DNA from: Octopus sinensis
Lineage: Eukaryota
Assembly: GCF_006345805.1 (NCBI RefSeq)
Contig: NC_043011.1
Coordinates: 51,224,464 to 51,288,463, forward strand
DNA: 64,000 nucleotides
Reading direction: 5' to 3'
The first letter of the stretch is position 1. Every line of letters begins with the position of its first letter. The notes below the pieces were generated by a model. That model was not told the origin of the DNA, made no database searches, and was given only the letters and a program-made list of their open reading frames with translations. The position numbers and the translations under genes are program-made. This document shows positions 1-30,542 of this stretch, piece by piece.

Positions 1-421
1 ATGAACAACCACAGTTGCTCCAAATTTGCTTTATGAGTGATGTAGGACAACAAACCTGAAGGTGTGAAAATTAGACACAACGCCGACTGCTGCAAAAGAG
101 AGTATATTCACTGACAGATTTTAGGTGTGTTCAAAAATCACATAACCTCCACCCCCAATTTTCCATGACAAGTCAGGGCCCGAAATATTCTAAACGGATG
201 CATAGCATGTTGCTTAGTCGAATTAGCCCATCATTACTCCACAAATGTTTTGTTGTCAATGTTGCACTTTCCCATATCGCCTGTTTCAATGTAACTGTAA
301 TATATTATATACAAACTATGCCATTTTAATCACAAGCAACGCCAGGTATCTCTGTTAGCGATATATGTATGTACACTCACACACTCACATATACACATGT
401 ATTCTTTCTTTCACCATTTAG

Positions 422-603
422 GGGCGTCGTCTAGTGCCAGTTGTGTGGGTAAGGCACCAGGAGGCCATGCAATCCCAGGAGACTGCAAAAACTATATGGT
501 ATGCTCTAATGGAATAAAATTTATATTTCCCTGTCCTCCGGGAACTTCTTTCAACGAGGCCATTAAAGTCTGTGACTACTCTTCGAAAGTGCCCGGATGT
601 TGA
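422..603 (+). CDS. Terminal exon encoding a chitin-binding type-2 (CBM14/peritrophin-A) domain of a gene that starts upstream of the window
   Basis: Pyrimidine-rich acceptor TTCTTTCTTTCACCATTTAG ends at 421. Reads GASSSASCVGKAPGGHAIPGDCKNYMVCSNGIKFIFPCPPGTSFNEAIKVCDYSSKVPGC*, with six Cys spaced C-x13-C-x5-C-x9-C-x12-C-x8-C and the typical CPxGTxFN motif. AATAAA at 906-911 and 926-931. Confidence 0.9.
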
Positions 604-1399
604 AGTTTGTTTGCTATTAAGATACTAAATGAAAAGAAAAAATTAACGAAACTGAATGTAACTGAATTGTTGGAGCACTGCACTGCACCCTTCAAAACTT
701 CCATGCTTCCTGAGATTTGCCAACACTACACCTGATTTTCCCCCCTCCATACACACGCAAGCATGGATCTGACTCAAACACTGTTCGCTTTCCAGACATT
801 TGTACATCACTGCATATGCTTTATACGCACTTTTGACAAGTTGTGGTGCACCTGAGCACTGTATACAATAATTTCATTATTATTATTATATTATTGTAAT
901 TGAAAAATAAACAAAATTGTTAAGAAATAAAATGTGTTTTTTTTGTTGTTTTTCAATCTTTATTATTTATTTATTTATTTTGTGAAAGGACCTTTTAAAT
1001 ATTCCAGTTTGGTTCAAGCAAGACTCATGATAGTGTACTCTTTGGTTCTATAAGATCTTGCTGCTGTTGTGACACCACTTCTGAAATATTGATTTCAAAT
1101 TTAGGCACAAGGCCAGCAATTTTGTAAGAGGGGGTATGTTGATTATATCAACCCTCAAAAGCCATCTGGTGCTTACTTTATTGACCCCAAAAGATGAAAA
1201 GCAAAGTCGACTTCAGCAGAATTTGAACTCAGAGTGTGAAGATGGATGAAATGCCACTAAGAAGTTTGCCCAACATGCTAATAATTCTGCCAGCTTGCCA
1301 CCTTCCACTTCTGAAATATTAATTTATAATATGGGCATATGGCCACATATTTGATATATATTACCTTTTCTACCACTACCACAACAGTCTCTGTTCTTT

Positions 1400-1730
1400 A
1401 CCTCTAGCTTCTTCCTCCACCTCCATCTCCTCTCTCTATCTTTTCCCTCTTACAGTTTGACCACTTCTACGATAGTCACTGTTTCTCACATCTACTCAAT
1501 TTACACACCACCTCCATTTCATCTCTCTCTGTCTCCTCACTCCTACTATTTGTGTCACTACTAGAACAGTCTCCATAGCTCACATCTACCCAGTTAGATA
1601 CCACCTCCATCTCATACCTCTTTCCTTTCACTTTTATATTTTCTACCCTTCTACAATGGTTGCTGTTGCTCACATCTACCTATTTACATACCACCTCCAC
1701 CTCATCCCTCTGTATCCTTTTCTAAACATC
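1400..1730. repeat. Degenerate ~91-bp tandem repeat (3-4 copies)
   Basis: CTCACATCTAC...ACCACCTCCA recurs near 1487, 1579 and 1669. Confidence 0.6.
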
Positions 1731-1734
1731 TTGG

Positions 1735-1951
1735 TCAGTTCTGCTCTAGGGCTATAGCCCTTCTGAAATTCTCTCTCATCCCAAGTCTTGCTAATATCTC
1801 AGTGAAGTAGAAGAGTTGTTTGAGCATCAAATAAAATGCTTTGTAACATTCATTCCAGCATCTTACACTTTGTGTTTGAACCCCACCAAGATCAGGCATG
1901 GCCTTAATTTTTCCAGAGTCGATAAACATAATATCAGTTGAAGGCAGTGAA
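1735..1951 (-). CDS. Candidate last exon (SLPSTDIMFIDSGKIKAMPDLGGVQTQSVRCWNECYKAFY...EQN*)
   Basis: Acceptor ATTTCTTTTACCAG after a 96-nt intron; in frame with the 2233-2048 exon; TGA at 1737-1735. Confidence 0.4.
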
Positions 1952-2047
1952 CTGGTAAAAGAAATGTTAGAATGGGACTTGGTGTGTAGTTGTGTCTTGT
2001 GATATTTGTTCAGACCTGCCCTGAGTTCAAATTGCGTGTTGGTCTAC

Positions 2048-2233
2048 CTTGGCAGTAGACTAAATCTATCATGAAGTTTAACACAATCTCCAGTGACTGT
2101 AACTGAGTCTACTCTAATGCAAGCATTGAGGCCAGGTTCCCTGGTTTGAAGATAAGTTCTGCCCTCCCTCATTCCTCTCCAACCGTCTTTCCTGTCTTGG
2201 AAGCCTGATAAAGGATCATAGGCATTGCCATTT
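2048..2233 (-). CDS. Candidate chitinase extension exon (NGNAYDPLSGFQDRKDGWRG...LNACIRVDSVTVTGDCVKLHDRFSLLP)
   Basis: Long poly-U tract with AAG acceptor, donor AAG/GTAGAC. 186 nt, phase 2 to 2, open in the frame needed to join exon 4813 and the 1951 exon. No family recognised. Confidence 0.4.
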
Positions 2234-2861
2234 CTTTGAAACAAAGAAAAAAAAAAAAAAGAAAAACTCGGAAAAAAGAAGAAAGAAAAGAAAAAAGAAA
2301 AACCAAAAGTGGAAAGAAAGCAACATAAGTATTTCTTATAAAGTGGGAGTCAAAAATCGGGCACAAAATAAGTTCAACATGCTCCAGAATTGTCAAAGAC
2401 ATGCTTCAATTTTTCTAAAGCTGAATAAAATATACAAAATAATGATGAATATGCATGTACTTGTACATGATGAACAAAATGAATAATAATAATCCTTTCT
2501 GTTAAAAGCACATAGGAGGAGGAATCTAATCGATTACATTGACCCCAGTGTTTCACTGGTTCTTAATTTATCAACCCTGAAAGGATGAAAGACAAGAATG
2601 ACCTCAGTGGAATTTGAATTCAGAACATAGCAACAGATGAAATGCCAGTAAGCATTTCACCTTAATAATAACATGATATAAATAAAATGTGAAATGTTTT
2701 GGTGTGACTTTTGGTCCATCCTGTACATCCTATATAATTTCATATTGAACATCAGCCATACCAAACACACATGGTTTGAGTGAAACTGTTGAGGGCATGT
2801 CTACTGCACAAAACTCTTGTGTTTTGATCACTACATTAAACAAACTTTTTTCTTTCTGCCT

Positions 2862-3650
2862 TTAACCTTCCAATGCGGAGTATCGGTCACTTATAGTTGA
2901 ATTCCATGTCGCATAATTTTTTGCTTCTGTACTTATACTCTTCCATGAATGTCCCCCTTTCTCTAGTTCTTTTTGTGTTGATCTACGCCACAAATTCTTA
3001 GGCCTACCTTTCTTTCTATATCCATTCGGATTCCACTGTAAAGCACTTTTCGCTACATTTGGTGTGACTTCTCTAATTGTGCTACCAATCCACTTCCACT
3101 TTTTCTTAAATATTTGCTCCCTAATTGAAACTTGATTTGCTCTTTGCCATAGCTCCATATTGCTTATGTGTTCGGGCCATCTAATTTTAAGTATACTACG
3201 CAAGCATCTGTTGATGAATGATTGTATTTGCTTATTTGACTTAACTGTTGTTCACCATATCTCAGCCCCATACAATAACACCACTTTTACGTTAGTGTTA
3301 AAAATTCATATTTTGTTCTTTATTGAAATTACACTTGCGCTCCATACTTTCTTTAACAGGTGAAAAGCGGTCCTTGCCTTACTTATTCTCGTCTTAATAC
3401 CTTCATTAGTGCTGCCTGAAAACGTTATCTTACTACCTAAATACGTAAACTCGGCTACATTCTCTAGTTCACTGGTTTCGACTTTAATACGTTCGCTGCT
3501 TTCTTCATTAATGCGCATAATTTTTGATTTGTCACGGTTGACTTTCAGTCCTAGTTTGGCAGCTATTGCTTCTAATTTTGACGTTTTATTTTGCATTTGG
3601 CTATATGTTTGAGAAATTAAACAAACTAGTAAACAAAAACAACAATCCAA
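2862..3650 (-). mobile_element. 5'-truncated RTE-clade LINE, reverse transcriptase C-terminal fragment (disrupted)
   Basis: ORFs read LKVNRDKSKIM...FTYLGSKI...RISKARTAF and ILKIRWPEHISN...WKWIG...QWNP.G.RKKGRPKNLW. Confidence 0.9.
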
Positions 3651-3852
3651 ACACCCATGAAAATTGTTGATGATATTTTATTTCTTTAAGTCGTATGACA
3701 ATAATGAGAAAATTATAGATGTTACAGAGTGTATATTTGTTGTCAATGTGTTGGGAATATTTGCTAGTTTCTCTAGTAACCACATATACAAACACCTCTA
3801 TGTTGTCTCTACAGGAATTGTTTGTCCATTTTAGAATTATCCTCCAGTTTAT

Positions 3853-3868
3853 TTAGGATCTTGTTTCA
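3853..3868 (-). CDS. Candidate short terminal exon of the chitinase (adds SETRS*)
   Basis: Strong acceptor ATTCTTTTCTTTTTTGTCTTTACTTTTCGCAG. Phase-2 compatible with exon 4813. TAA stop overlaps an AATAAA at 3853-3848. Confidence 0.4.
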
Positions 3869-4097
3869 CTGCGAAAAGTAAAGACAAAAAAGAAAAGAAT
3901 ATTTTAATGCAAGGGACAGGTGGAGCATTTGTAGTCTCTCATGGTGTATCTTCTCATTTATGGTGCGAGCTTTACAGTTACACGGCTTAAGCTTTAAGAT
4001 AAGTATATTACTGCTGGTGGGATAAATCAGGTGTAACAGGATGTGAAATTCCCACACTGGATGGGTGCTGCTCGCATCCTTTACATCAAATATTAAT

Positions 4098-4463
4098 TGA
4101 AGAATGAGTCAAGATTTTCCGTTAACTTCAACAATATAAATATTTATTCTTTGATTCGCAATATAAACGTTTCCTTCCTCTGGGCGAATCAGCAACCTAG
4201 GACCTTTGTGGCAGTAGTCTAGTGGAGTGAGTCAATCCTGCCCATTCAAGCATAGTGGGGATGCGCCATGAGGTAGCAGCTCAAGAGAGCTGCTGGAGAC
4301 ACGTCTGTATCGTTCAGCTGCTAGCATCAAAAGAGAGAGATACCAGAGAATTTCGCTGCTGCTAGTTTTCTGCGCATGCGCACGAGGGATCTTCCGGCAG
4401 GCCTTCCAGAAGATTCCAACCCCGCGCATGCGTGCTGGAGATTTCCAAGGTGGCGTCACTACA
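4098..4463 (-). mobile_element. Candidate solo LTR carrying NRF1- and ETS-like motifs
   Basis: Minus strand begins TGTAG and ends CTTCA, with AATAAA at 4148-4143 about 45 nt before the end. TGCGCATGCGCA at 4371-4382, CGCGCATGCGTG at 4423-4434 and CTTCCGG at 4391-4397. No target-site duplication found. Confidence 0.4.
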
Positions 4464-4812
4464 CAGGTAACAGTTAACAGTTGTGAAGATAAGTGTGAGC
4501 ATGATTGTTATGTGATGGCCACAAGTGAAGGTAGCAATAAATGATGTCAAAGAAGGGAAAAACAAATGAAGTGGCAGCAGCAGCTCTGTTGTTTGTCTCT
4601 CTTACTTCTGGTCTGAGAGCAACAGTGGCAGTGGCTGTGGTGGTGGTTGTGGAGGTAGCGGCAGTGGTGGATGATGATGAGAAGGAGGAGGAGGAGGAGG
4701 AGAAAGAACAAGAGGTAAAATAAACGAAAGAGGAAAAAGAAGGGCAGGGGAATAGAGTATGTTGCAGGTTGTTTACTGCTTGGCTGACAGTAAAAAGAAG
4801 TGATTGACTTAC

Positions 4813-24521
<19,709 letters not shown>

Positions 24522-24689
24522 CTTGAAACAAAGACAAAACAACATGAAAGTATGATATTAATATAGATATAAATACATATGTACATATATACATATATAT
24601 ATACATACATATATATGTTTATATATATATATACACATGTATATATATATTTTATGTATGTATATATAATAATAATAATAATAATAGGG

Positions 24690-25450
24690 AATATAATTCC
24701 AAAACTTACAGGGAAAAATTCAATTTAACAATTTTAAATAAAATTTCACAATATATAATATATGTATATAATTTAGAGAAAAACCACTATTAAACAATTC
24801 AATAAAGAAAGATGTTATTCACATCATATAGAAAACATACTATAAAAAACTCTTTTTAAATCAATAAAGTACAATAAATAGTAAATTGTAGTAAAAAGAC
24901 TACGCACATTTCATGGCTATATTTTCAAATAGATAATAATAATAAAATCAATTCAATTCAAAATTAAATCGAACTAAAATTAATTCTATTTAAAAATATA
25001 GTCACTCATCAGGTCTACGATAATAAATAATAAAAAATAAAAAATAATAATTGAATAAATGTACTTATCTTAACTTATGCTAATTATCAAATAAATATAT
25101 AAAAAATACGTATATTAAACTATAAACAATCGAAAAGCATTTAACAATATTTCTTAAAATAAAAATATAACTTATCTTGTCGAAGGATTTTGGTTAAATA
25201 ACAATTTAAACTTAAAACGTCGAAGTTAGCGTTTATAAGAAATATAAGAAATATATCGTGCGAAAATATGGCAATAGGGTAATAAGAAATTATTATTACC
25301 AGTGGCCAAGCACAAAAACGAATTAGTCATTAGACTATATATTATTCACATAGAAATACAATAAGAGGCTTCCAAATAGGAAAGCCTTGTGCTAGAAAGA
25401 ACTGTAGAAAAAACTCAAACCACCAAATAAGGATAAATTTTCGAAAGGAA
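24690..25450 (-). mobile_element. AT-rich Penelope-like remnant containing a decayed hammerhead motif
   Basis: Minus strand AGAC-CTGATGA-GTGACTATATT...AATATAGCCAT-GAAA-TGTGCG-TA-GTCT at 25016-24897. Confidence 0.55.
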
Positions 25451-25638
25451 TGAAAATTAAAAACGTTTACCATCTCATTTATTTCCCAGACCATGGTTTC
25501 TAACTATTTCCATCAAAAAAATAATATTTGCTGAAGGCCAGTTTCATCAGTGGGACAGCCTTTCAATTTCAAATACACACACAGCCAGATCCACATGTAA
25601 AACTAACTGCTTGTATATTCTAACTTTTCAGACCACTT

Positions 25639-25670
<32 letters not shown>

Positions 25671-25673
<3 letters not shown>

Positions 25674-26968
25674 GAGGGGCGTTCAATAAGTAATGCCCCT
25701 GATCCACTTGAAGTTGTTCGATCTAGCTGAAATTTTGCATGTGCAATTATTTATATCTCTATAGATTAAGTGGCAAATTACAGCTCTAAACTAATTGTGG
25801 TTTCTGATTTACAGGTGTTTGAACTGAGTCAAGTGTGAAATGGAGTCTGTTGAATGTCGAGCAGTGATCCGGTTTTTGTATTTGAAAGGACGCACACCAC
25901 GGGAGACTTTTGATGAAATGAAAGTAACTTATTGTGATAATGCCCCCATCATATGACCTTGTAAAACGCTGGCATCGTGAATTCAAACATGGTTGGAACT
26001 CTGTGGAAACAGCTCCCAGATCTGGTCGCCCCCTTTTGCCATTGATGAGGCATCTGTCCGTCAAGTTAAGGCTGCCATTTTGGAAGATCGACGCATAACT
26101 ATTCGCGAAATATCCCATGAGGTCAAGATTAGTACCGGGTCTGTGGAAACTATCATTCATGACCATTTGCATATGCAAAAGGTGTCTGCCAGATGGATCC
26201 CCAGGTTGCTCACATCTTTCCAGAAGCAAGAACGCGTCGAGTGCTCGAGGATGAATTTGGAGATGTGCCAAGAGGATGAGTCAAAATTTTTCAAAAGACT
26301 GATTACACAGGATGAAACCTGAGTCCATCACTATGATCCAGAGACCAAAGCCCAGTCAATGCAGTGGAAGCACCGTGACTCCCCTCCTCCAAAGAAGGCA
26401 AGGGTGCAGCCCTCCGCTGGCAAGGTCATGCTCACAGTCTTCTGGGACCAGGACGGAGTAGTGATGACAGATTTCCTGGCAAATGGTGCCACAATTACAG
26501 GAGCCTATTATGCTTCACTTTTGAGGAAATTAAGAGAAGTTATCAAAATCAAGAGGCGGGGCAAGATCAGCAAAGGCATCCTCCTCCTGCAGGACAACGC
26601 TCTGGTCCACAACTCGCGTGTCGCCAGATCAGAAGCACAGGCGTGCGGCTATGATTCCCCCTTCCCCAACCCCCTACTCTTCTGACCTTGCACCTTCTGA
26701 TTTTCACCTCTTCCCAGCCATGAAGTTGTTTTTGAAAGGAAAGCGTTTCCCAGATGATGCAGCCTTGATTTCTGAAGTCACGTCGTGGCTGGAGGACCAA
26801 GCTGGTGTCTTCTACAGAAACGGTCTTCAGAGCTGCATCAAACGATGGGAGAAATGCGTAACTCTGGGTGGTTCCTATGTAGAAAAAGACTAATAACTGT
26901 GCCAAGTTTCGTTGCTCTACTGCTATGGGAAGTGGGTCAGGGGCATTACTTATTGAACGCCCCTCGTA
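25671..26968 (+). mobile_element. Full-length mariner (DD34D) with a pseudogenised transposase
   Basis: TIRs of about 30 bp (ACGAGGGGCGTTCAATAAGTAATGCCCCTGA) flanked by TA. Transposase MESVECRAVIRFL...WIPRLL...ITQDET*VHHYDPE...LLQDNA...YSSDLAPSDFHLF...GGSYVEKD has several frameshifts and one stop. Confidence 0.95.
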
Positions 26969-27917
26969 TATATATATATATTATATATATATATATATTT
27001 CGTTTTTGGATTTAGTTTGTAAGGTTCTTTATGTGAGTTCGTGTGTTGAAGCATATTCTGTTGTGTCTGGGGAGAGCCATTCTCTTTTTGTGCCTTATAA
27101 TTTAACACACTCACCAGTAAAATTTCCACTCATTTCCTTCTTCATTTTTCTAAAATTTTCGCTGCGTTTTGCAACCTTTTCAATAGTCTTGACTCTGTCC
27201 GTTATTCACACTGCACTCCCTTTTGTTTGTTTGTGTGCATGTGTGTGGGTCAGCGTGTGTGTACATACACATGCATGTATGTATGTATGCATATGTGCAT
27301 ATGCATGTATATATGTGCATATGTATATATATATGTGTGTGTGTGTGTATATTTGTACGTATGTATTCTGCATATTCCTGTGTCTGCTTGTCCGTGTTTG
27401 TGTGTTTTTATAAGTGTGTGTTTGTGTGTTTGCATGTGTGTGTGTGTTTATGTGTGTACCTCTGTGTCTTTGTGTGTGTGTGTGTGTGTTTGCAACTAAG
27501 TACTGTGTTTGCATCAATGGATGTTTAAATAGGAAATATACATAGTAGATATCATACACCCATACCCACAGTTTATACAGGTAGAGTAGAATAGTTAGGG
27601 GGCTATTATGTAGATAGATGTATGTATGTGTGTGAGTGGGTGTATGTATATATGTATGCACATACGTGTAAGCATATGGATATGAAAGTAAACAGATTAA
27701 CAAACAGACAGATAGGTACATAGGTTATATGAACAGACAAACACACATATATACATACACAAATGAAGACTGAAACACGTGTCCATATATACACACACAC
27801 ACTTTACACAAGGACACATATAGAGACACACGTCCACACATATAGAGATACACATCCATACACCCAAATGTACAAACATACATACATACATGTGCATATA
27901 TATATATATATATATAT

Positions 27918-28177
27918 ACAATTGCAGCGTGGAAGGTGTTTATAAGCCATTTAAGAAACACACAAAAGCCGTTCGATTCACTTCAACATTTAAGTTTAAT
28001 TTGTCAAAATATTTTCGTCGCTAAAATCCGCGACCTGTTCACTGACAAAGATCCGTGCTGCATCAGGATTTTAGTGACGAAAATATTTTGACAAATTAAA
28101 CTTAAATGTTGAAGTGAATCGAACGGCTTTTGTGTGTTTCTTAAATGGCTTATAAACACCTTCCACGCTGCAATTGT
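27918..28177. repeat. Hairpin element with 112-bp inverted arms (27918-28029 / 28066-28177)
   Basis: Arms are reverse-complementary with one visible mismatch. Confidence 0.95.
28000..28049 (-). ncRNA. Variant hammerhead-like motif (G3:C8 core, extra G before stem II)
   Basis: TTTGTCA-GTGAACA-G-GTCGC-ggatttta-GCGAC-GAA-AATATT-T-TGACAAA: 7-bp stem I, 5-bp stem II and palindromic stem III. Confidence 0.5.
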
Positions 28178-28230
28178 TTTCGTTTCAGCACACGATCTCA
28201 GATCAAATTACTTGCTATGCGAGTACATCT

Positions 28231-28273
<43 letters not shown>

Positions 28274-28594
28274 CACAGATGTGCACAAACAAACAAAAAG
28301 AATGCAGTGTGAATAATGAAAAGAGTCACAACTATTGAAAAGGTTGCAAGATGCAATAAAAATGTTAGAAAACTAGAGAAGGAATTGAGTGGAAATTTTA
28401 CTGGTGAGTGTGTTAAATTGTAAGGCCACGCACTGGGACTGAACCCGGAACCATGTGGTTGGTTAGCAAGCTACTTACCACACAGCCACTCCTGCGCCTA
28501 TATATAAACTTATCAATGCATTCATACATACACCCCCCCCACACACATATATAAATAAAAGAACAGAGATTTAGAATTTGGGCCGGTACCTTAC

Positions 28595-28669
28595 TATCAC
28601 TCTGATACAATCCAAGTTCTGGCTAACCGCGTCAAATGATAGGGAAGACAAGATTGCTTAAGGTATATA
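28595..28669 (-). promoter_or_regulatory. Candidate chitinase core promoter and non-coding first exon
   Basis: On the minus strand: TATATA at 28669-28664, Inr-like TCATTT with the A at 28637 (32 nt downstream), then a donor GTAAGG at 28594. The ATG exon is preceded by an acceptor, so an upstream 5'UTR exon is expected. Confidence 0.3.
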
Positions 28670-30341
28670 ATCACGTAGTATGTAACTCTAAAGGTAAATT
28701 CTGAGTCCATTTGTCCATTTTATACAGCATACTGAGTATATCTCCAAAACATCATACTAAAAATAGAGAACAATACATCTTCGGAACCCGTTTATTGCGA
28801 TAAATTCACAATACATTCATGTTAAATTTAATGTAAATGTAGTGTGAATTATTGTAATAAACAGGTTTTATGGATGTACAATTAATTCTCCATTCTTGAT
28901 GTCTTGAATGAACATACACAAACATATATAAGTGTGTGTGTGTGTGTGTGTATGTGTGTGTGTGTGAATGTGTGTGCATGTGTGTGAATATTCAAGACAT
29001 CAAAGTAACTGTTCGGTTTTTACCATTGGGTGCTTTATTGTTACCTCATCCTTAGCAAAGGCGGAGGTATATTTGTCAGTCGTGCTTGTTTGTCTGTGGA
29101 CAAGATATCTCAAGAACCGTCGGATGGATTCAGATGAAACTTTCAGAGACGTTTAACCTTGCGACTGGCACAAATTGATTAGATTTTGGGATCAATTTGG
29201 TACCGGACAAAGATTCTGGATTATTTTTCTGCTTTTTTTATTTAATTTTTGAGGGTGGTCGGGTTCATTTTTAGTATTCTCGTTTGTGAGAGCAGTCGAG
29301 TTTATTTCAGATATTCTCATCTTAAAAATCATCTCTGGCTAATTATTGAGAGGATGTTGATGAGGAGGTTTGCACTCTCTGAGTGCTCTTGTTTTAATAT
29401 ATATTTATATTCGATTTTTGATAATATCTTGAGATATCTCCCTGATTTTGTAGTCACTGCTGTTCTTTGGAAACAACAATATATGTGTGTGTGTGTGTAT
29501 GTATATGTGTATATATATACATATTATATCTATATATGTGTGTAGATAAATAGATATGTAAGTAAAAAGATATGTTTCTTTATTACCCACAAGGAGCTAA
29601 ACACAGAGGGGACAAACAAGGACAGACAAACGGATTAAGTCGATTACATCAATCCCAGTGCGTAACTGGTACTTAATTTATCGACCCCAAAAGGATGAAA
29701 GGCAAAATCGACCTCGACGGAATTTGAACTCAGAACATAACGGCAGACGAAATACGGCTACGCCTTTCGCCCGGTGTGCTAACGGTTCTGCCAGCTCAGA
29801 TGAGCACACACATGCATACACAAACACAAATGAAGACTGAAACACCTGACCATATTCACACCTGCACACTTCACACACTTACTGACTCTATTCTTACCGT
29901 TCAGATTTTCCCCATCATTATACATACTAGATTCTATTCTACTACATACTTTTCTATTCTTAGTTACTGTTTTATTATTGTTATACTTTTTATTCTTAAT
30001 TATAATATGATTATTATGTGCATTTTTATGAGGTTTATATGCCAGGTTAGACGGGCTATTGGTTTTGCTTTCGCTTTTATTATTTTTATTATATTTAGCG
30101 GATTTTAAACTTTCTGAGTTAAGGAATGCAATCTCCCGATTGCCTCCCGCCTTCAATAAAGCAGAGTTACAGAAGTGAGAATATGAGTTAAATATATTAG
30201 CCGATAATTGTGCAATTCTCTTTGAAATTCCTGTTACTATTGATAGTATTATACCTGGTAACTACGTCTGATTTCCTATAGGGGTAATATAACCCAAAGT
30301 TTATATTTAGTGTAGAATCTAAGAAGTTAACTACCTTAATG

Positions 30342-30542
30342 CAGTGCTTTTCAAACTTTTTGCTGGAGCGGAACCCCAAGGAAACATTCCACTGGCTCGA
30401 GGAACCCCTGTGCAATAATTTAATAGTCTTATGCACACATATCTGCACAGGAGAATTTAAAATTACTGCCGATTTTAGCAGTTTTGTAACTTCTTGCGGA
30501 ATCCCTGGACTGTACAGGCGGAACCCTGGTTGAAAACCACTG
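30342..30542 (+). mobile_element. hAT-type MITE
   Basis: TIRs CAGTGCTTTTCAA / TTGAAAACCACTG; perfect 8-bp TSD CCTTAATG at 30334-30341 and 30543-30550. Confidence 0.92.

Noticed and set aside
4590-4730. Ser/Thr-rich open frame (SSSSTTAATSTTTTTATAT) as a mucin-like chitinase linker
   Set aside because: Built from trinucleotide microsatellites. The only upstream in-frame acceptor would need a ~28-nt intron, and the acceptor at about 4617 skips the S/T stretch, so it is unsupported without RNA data.
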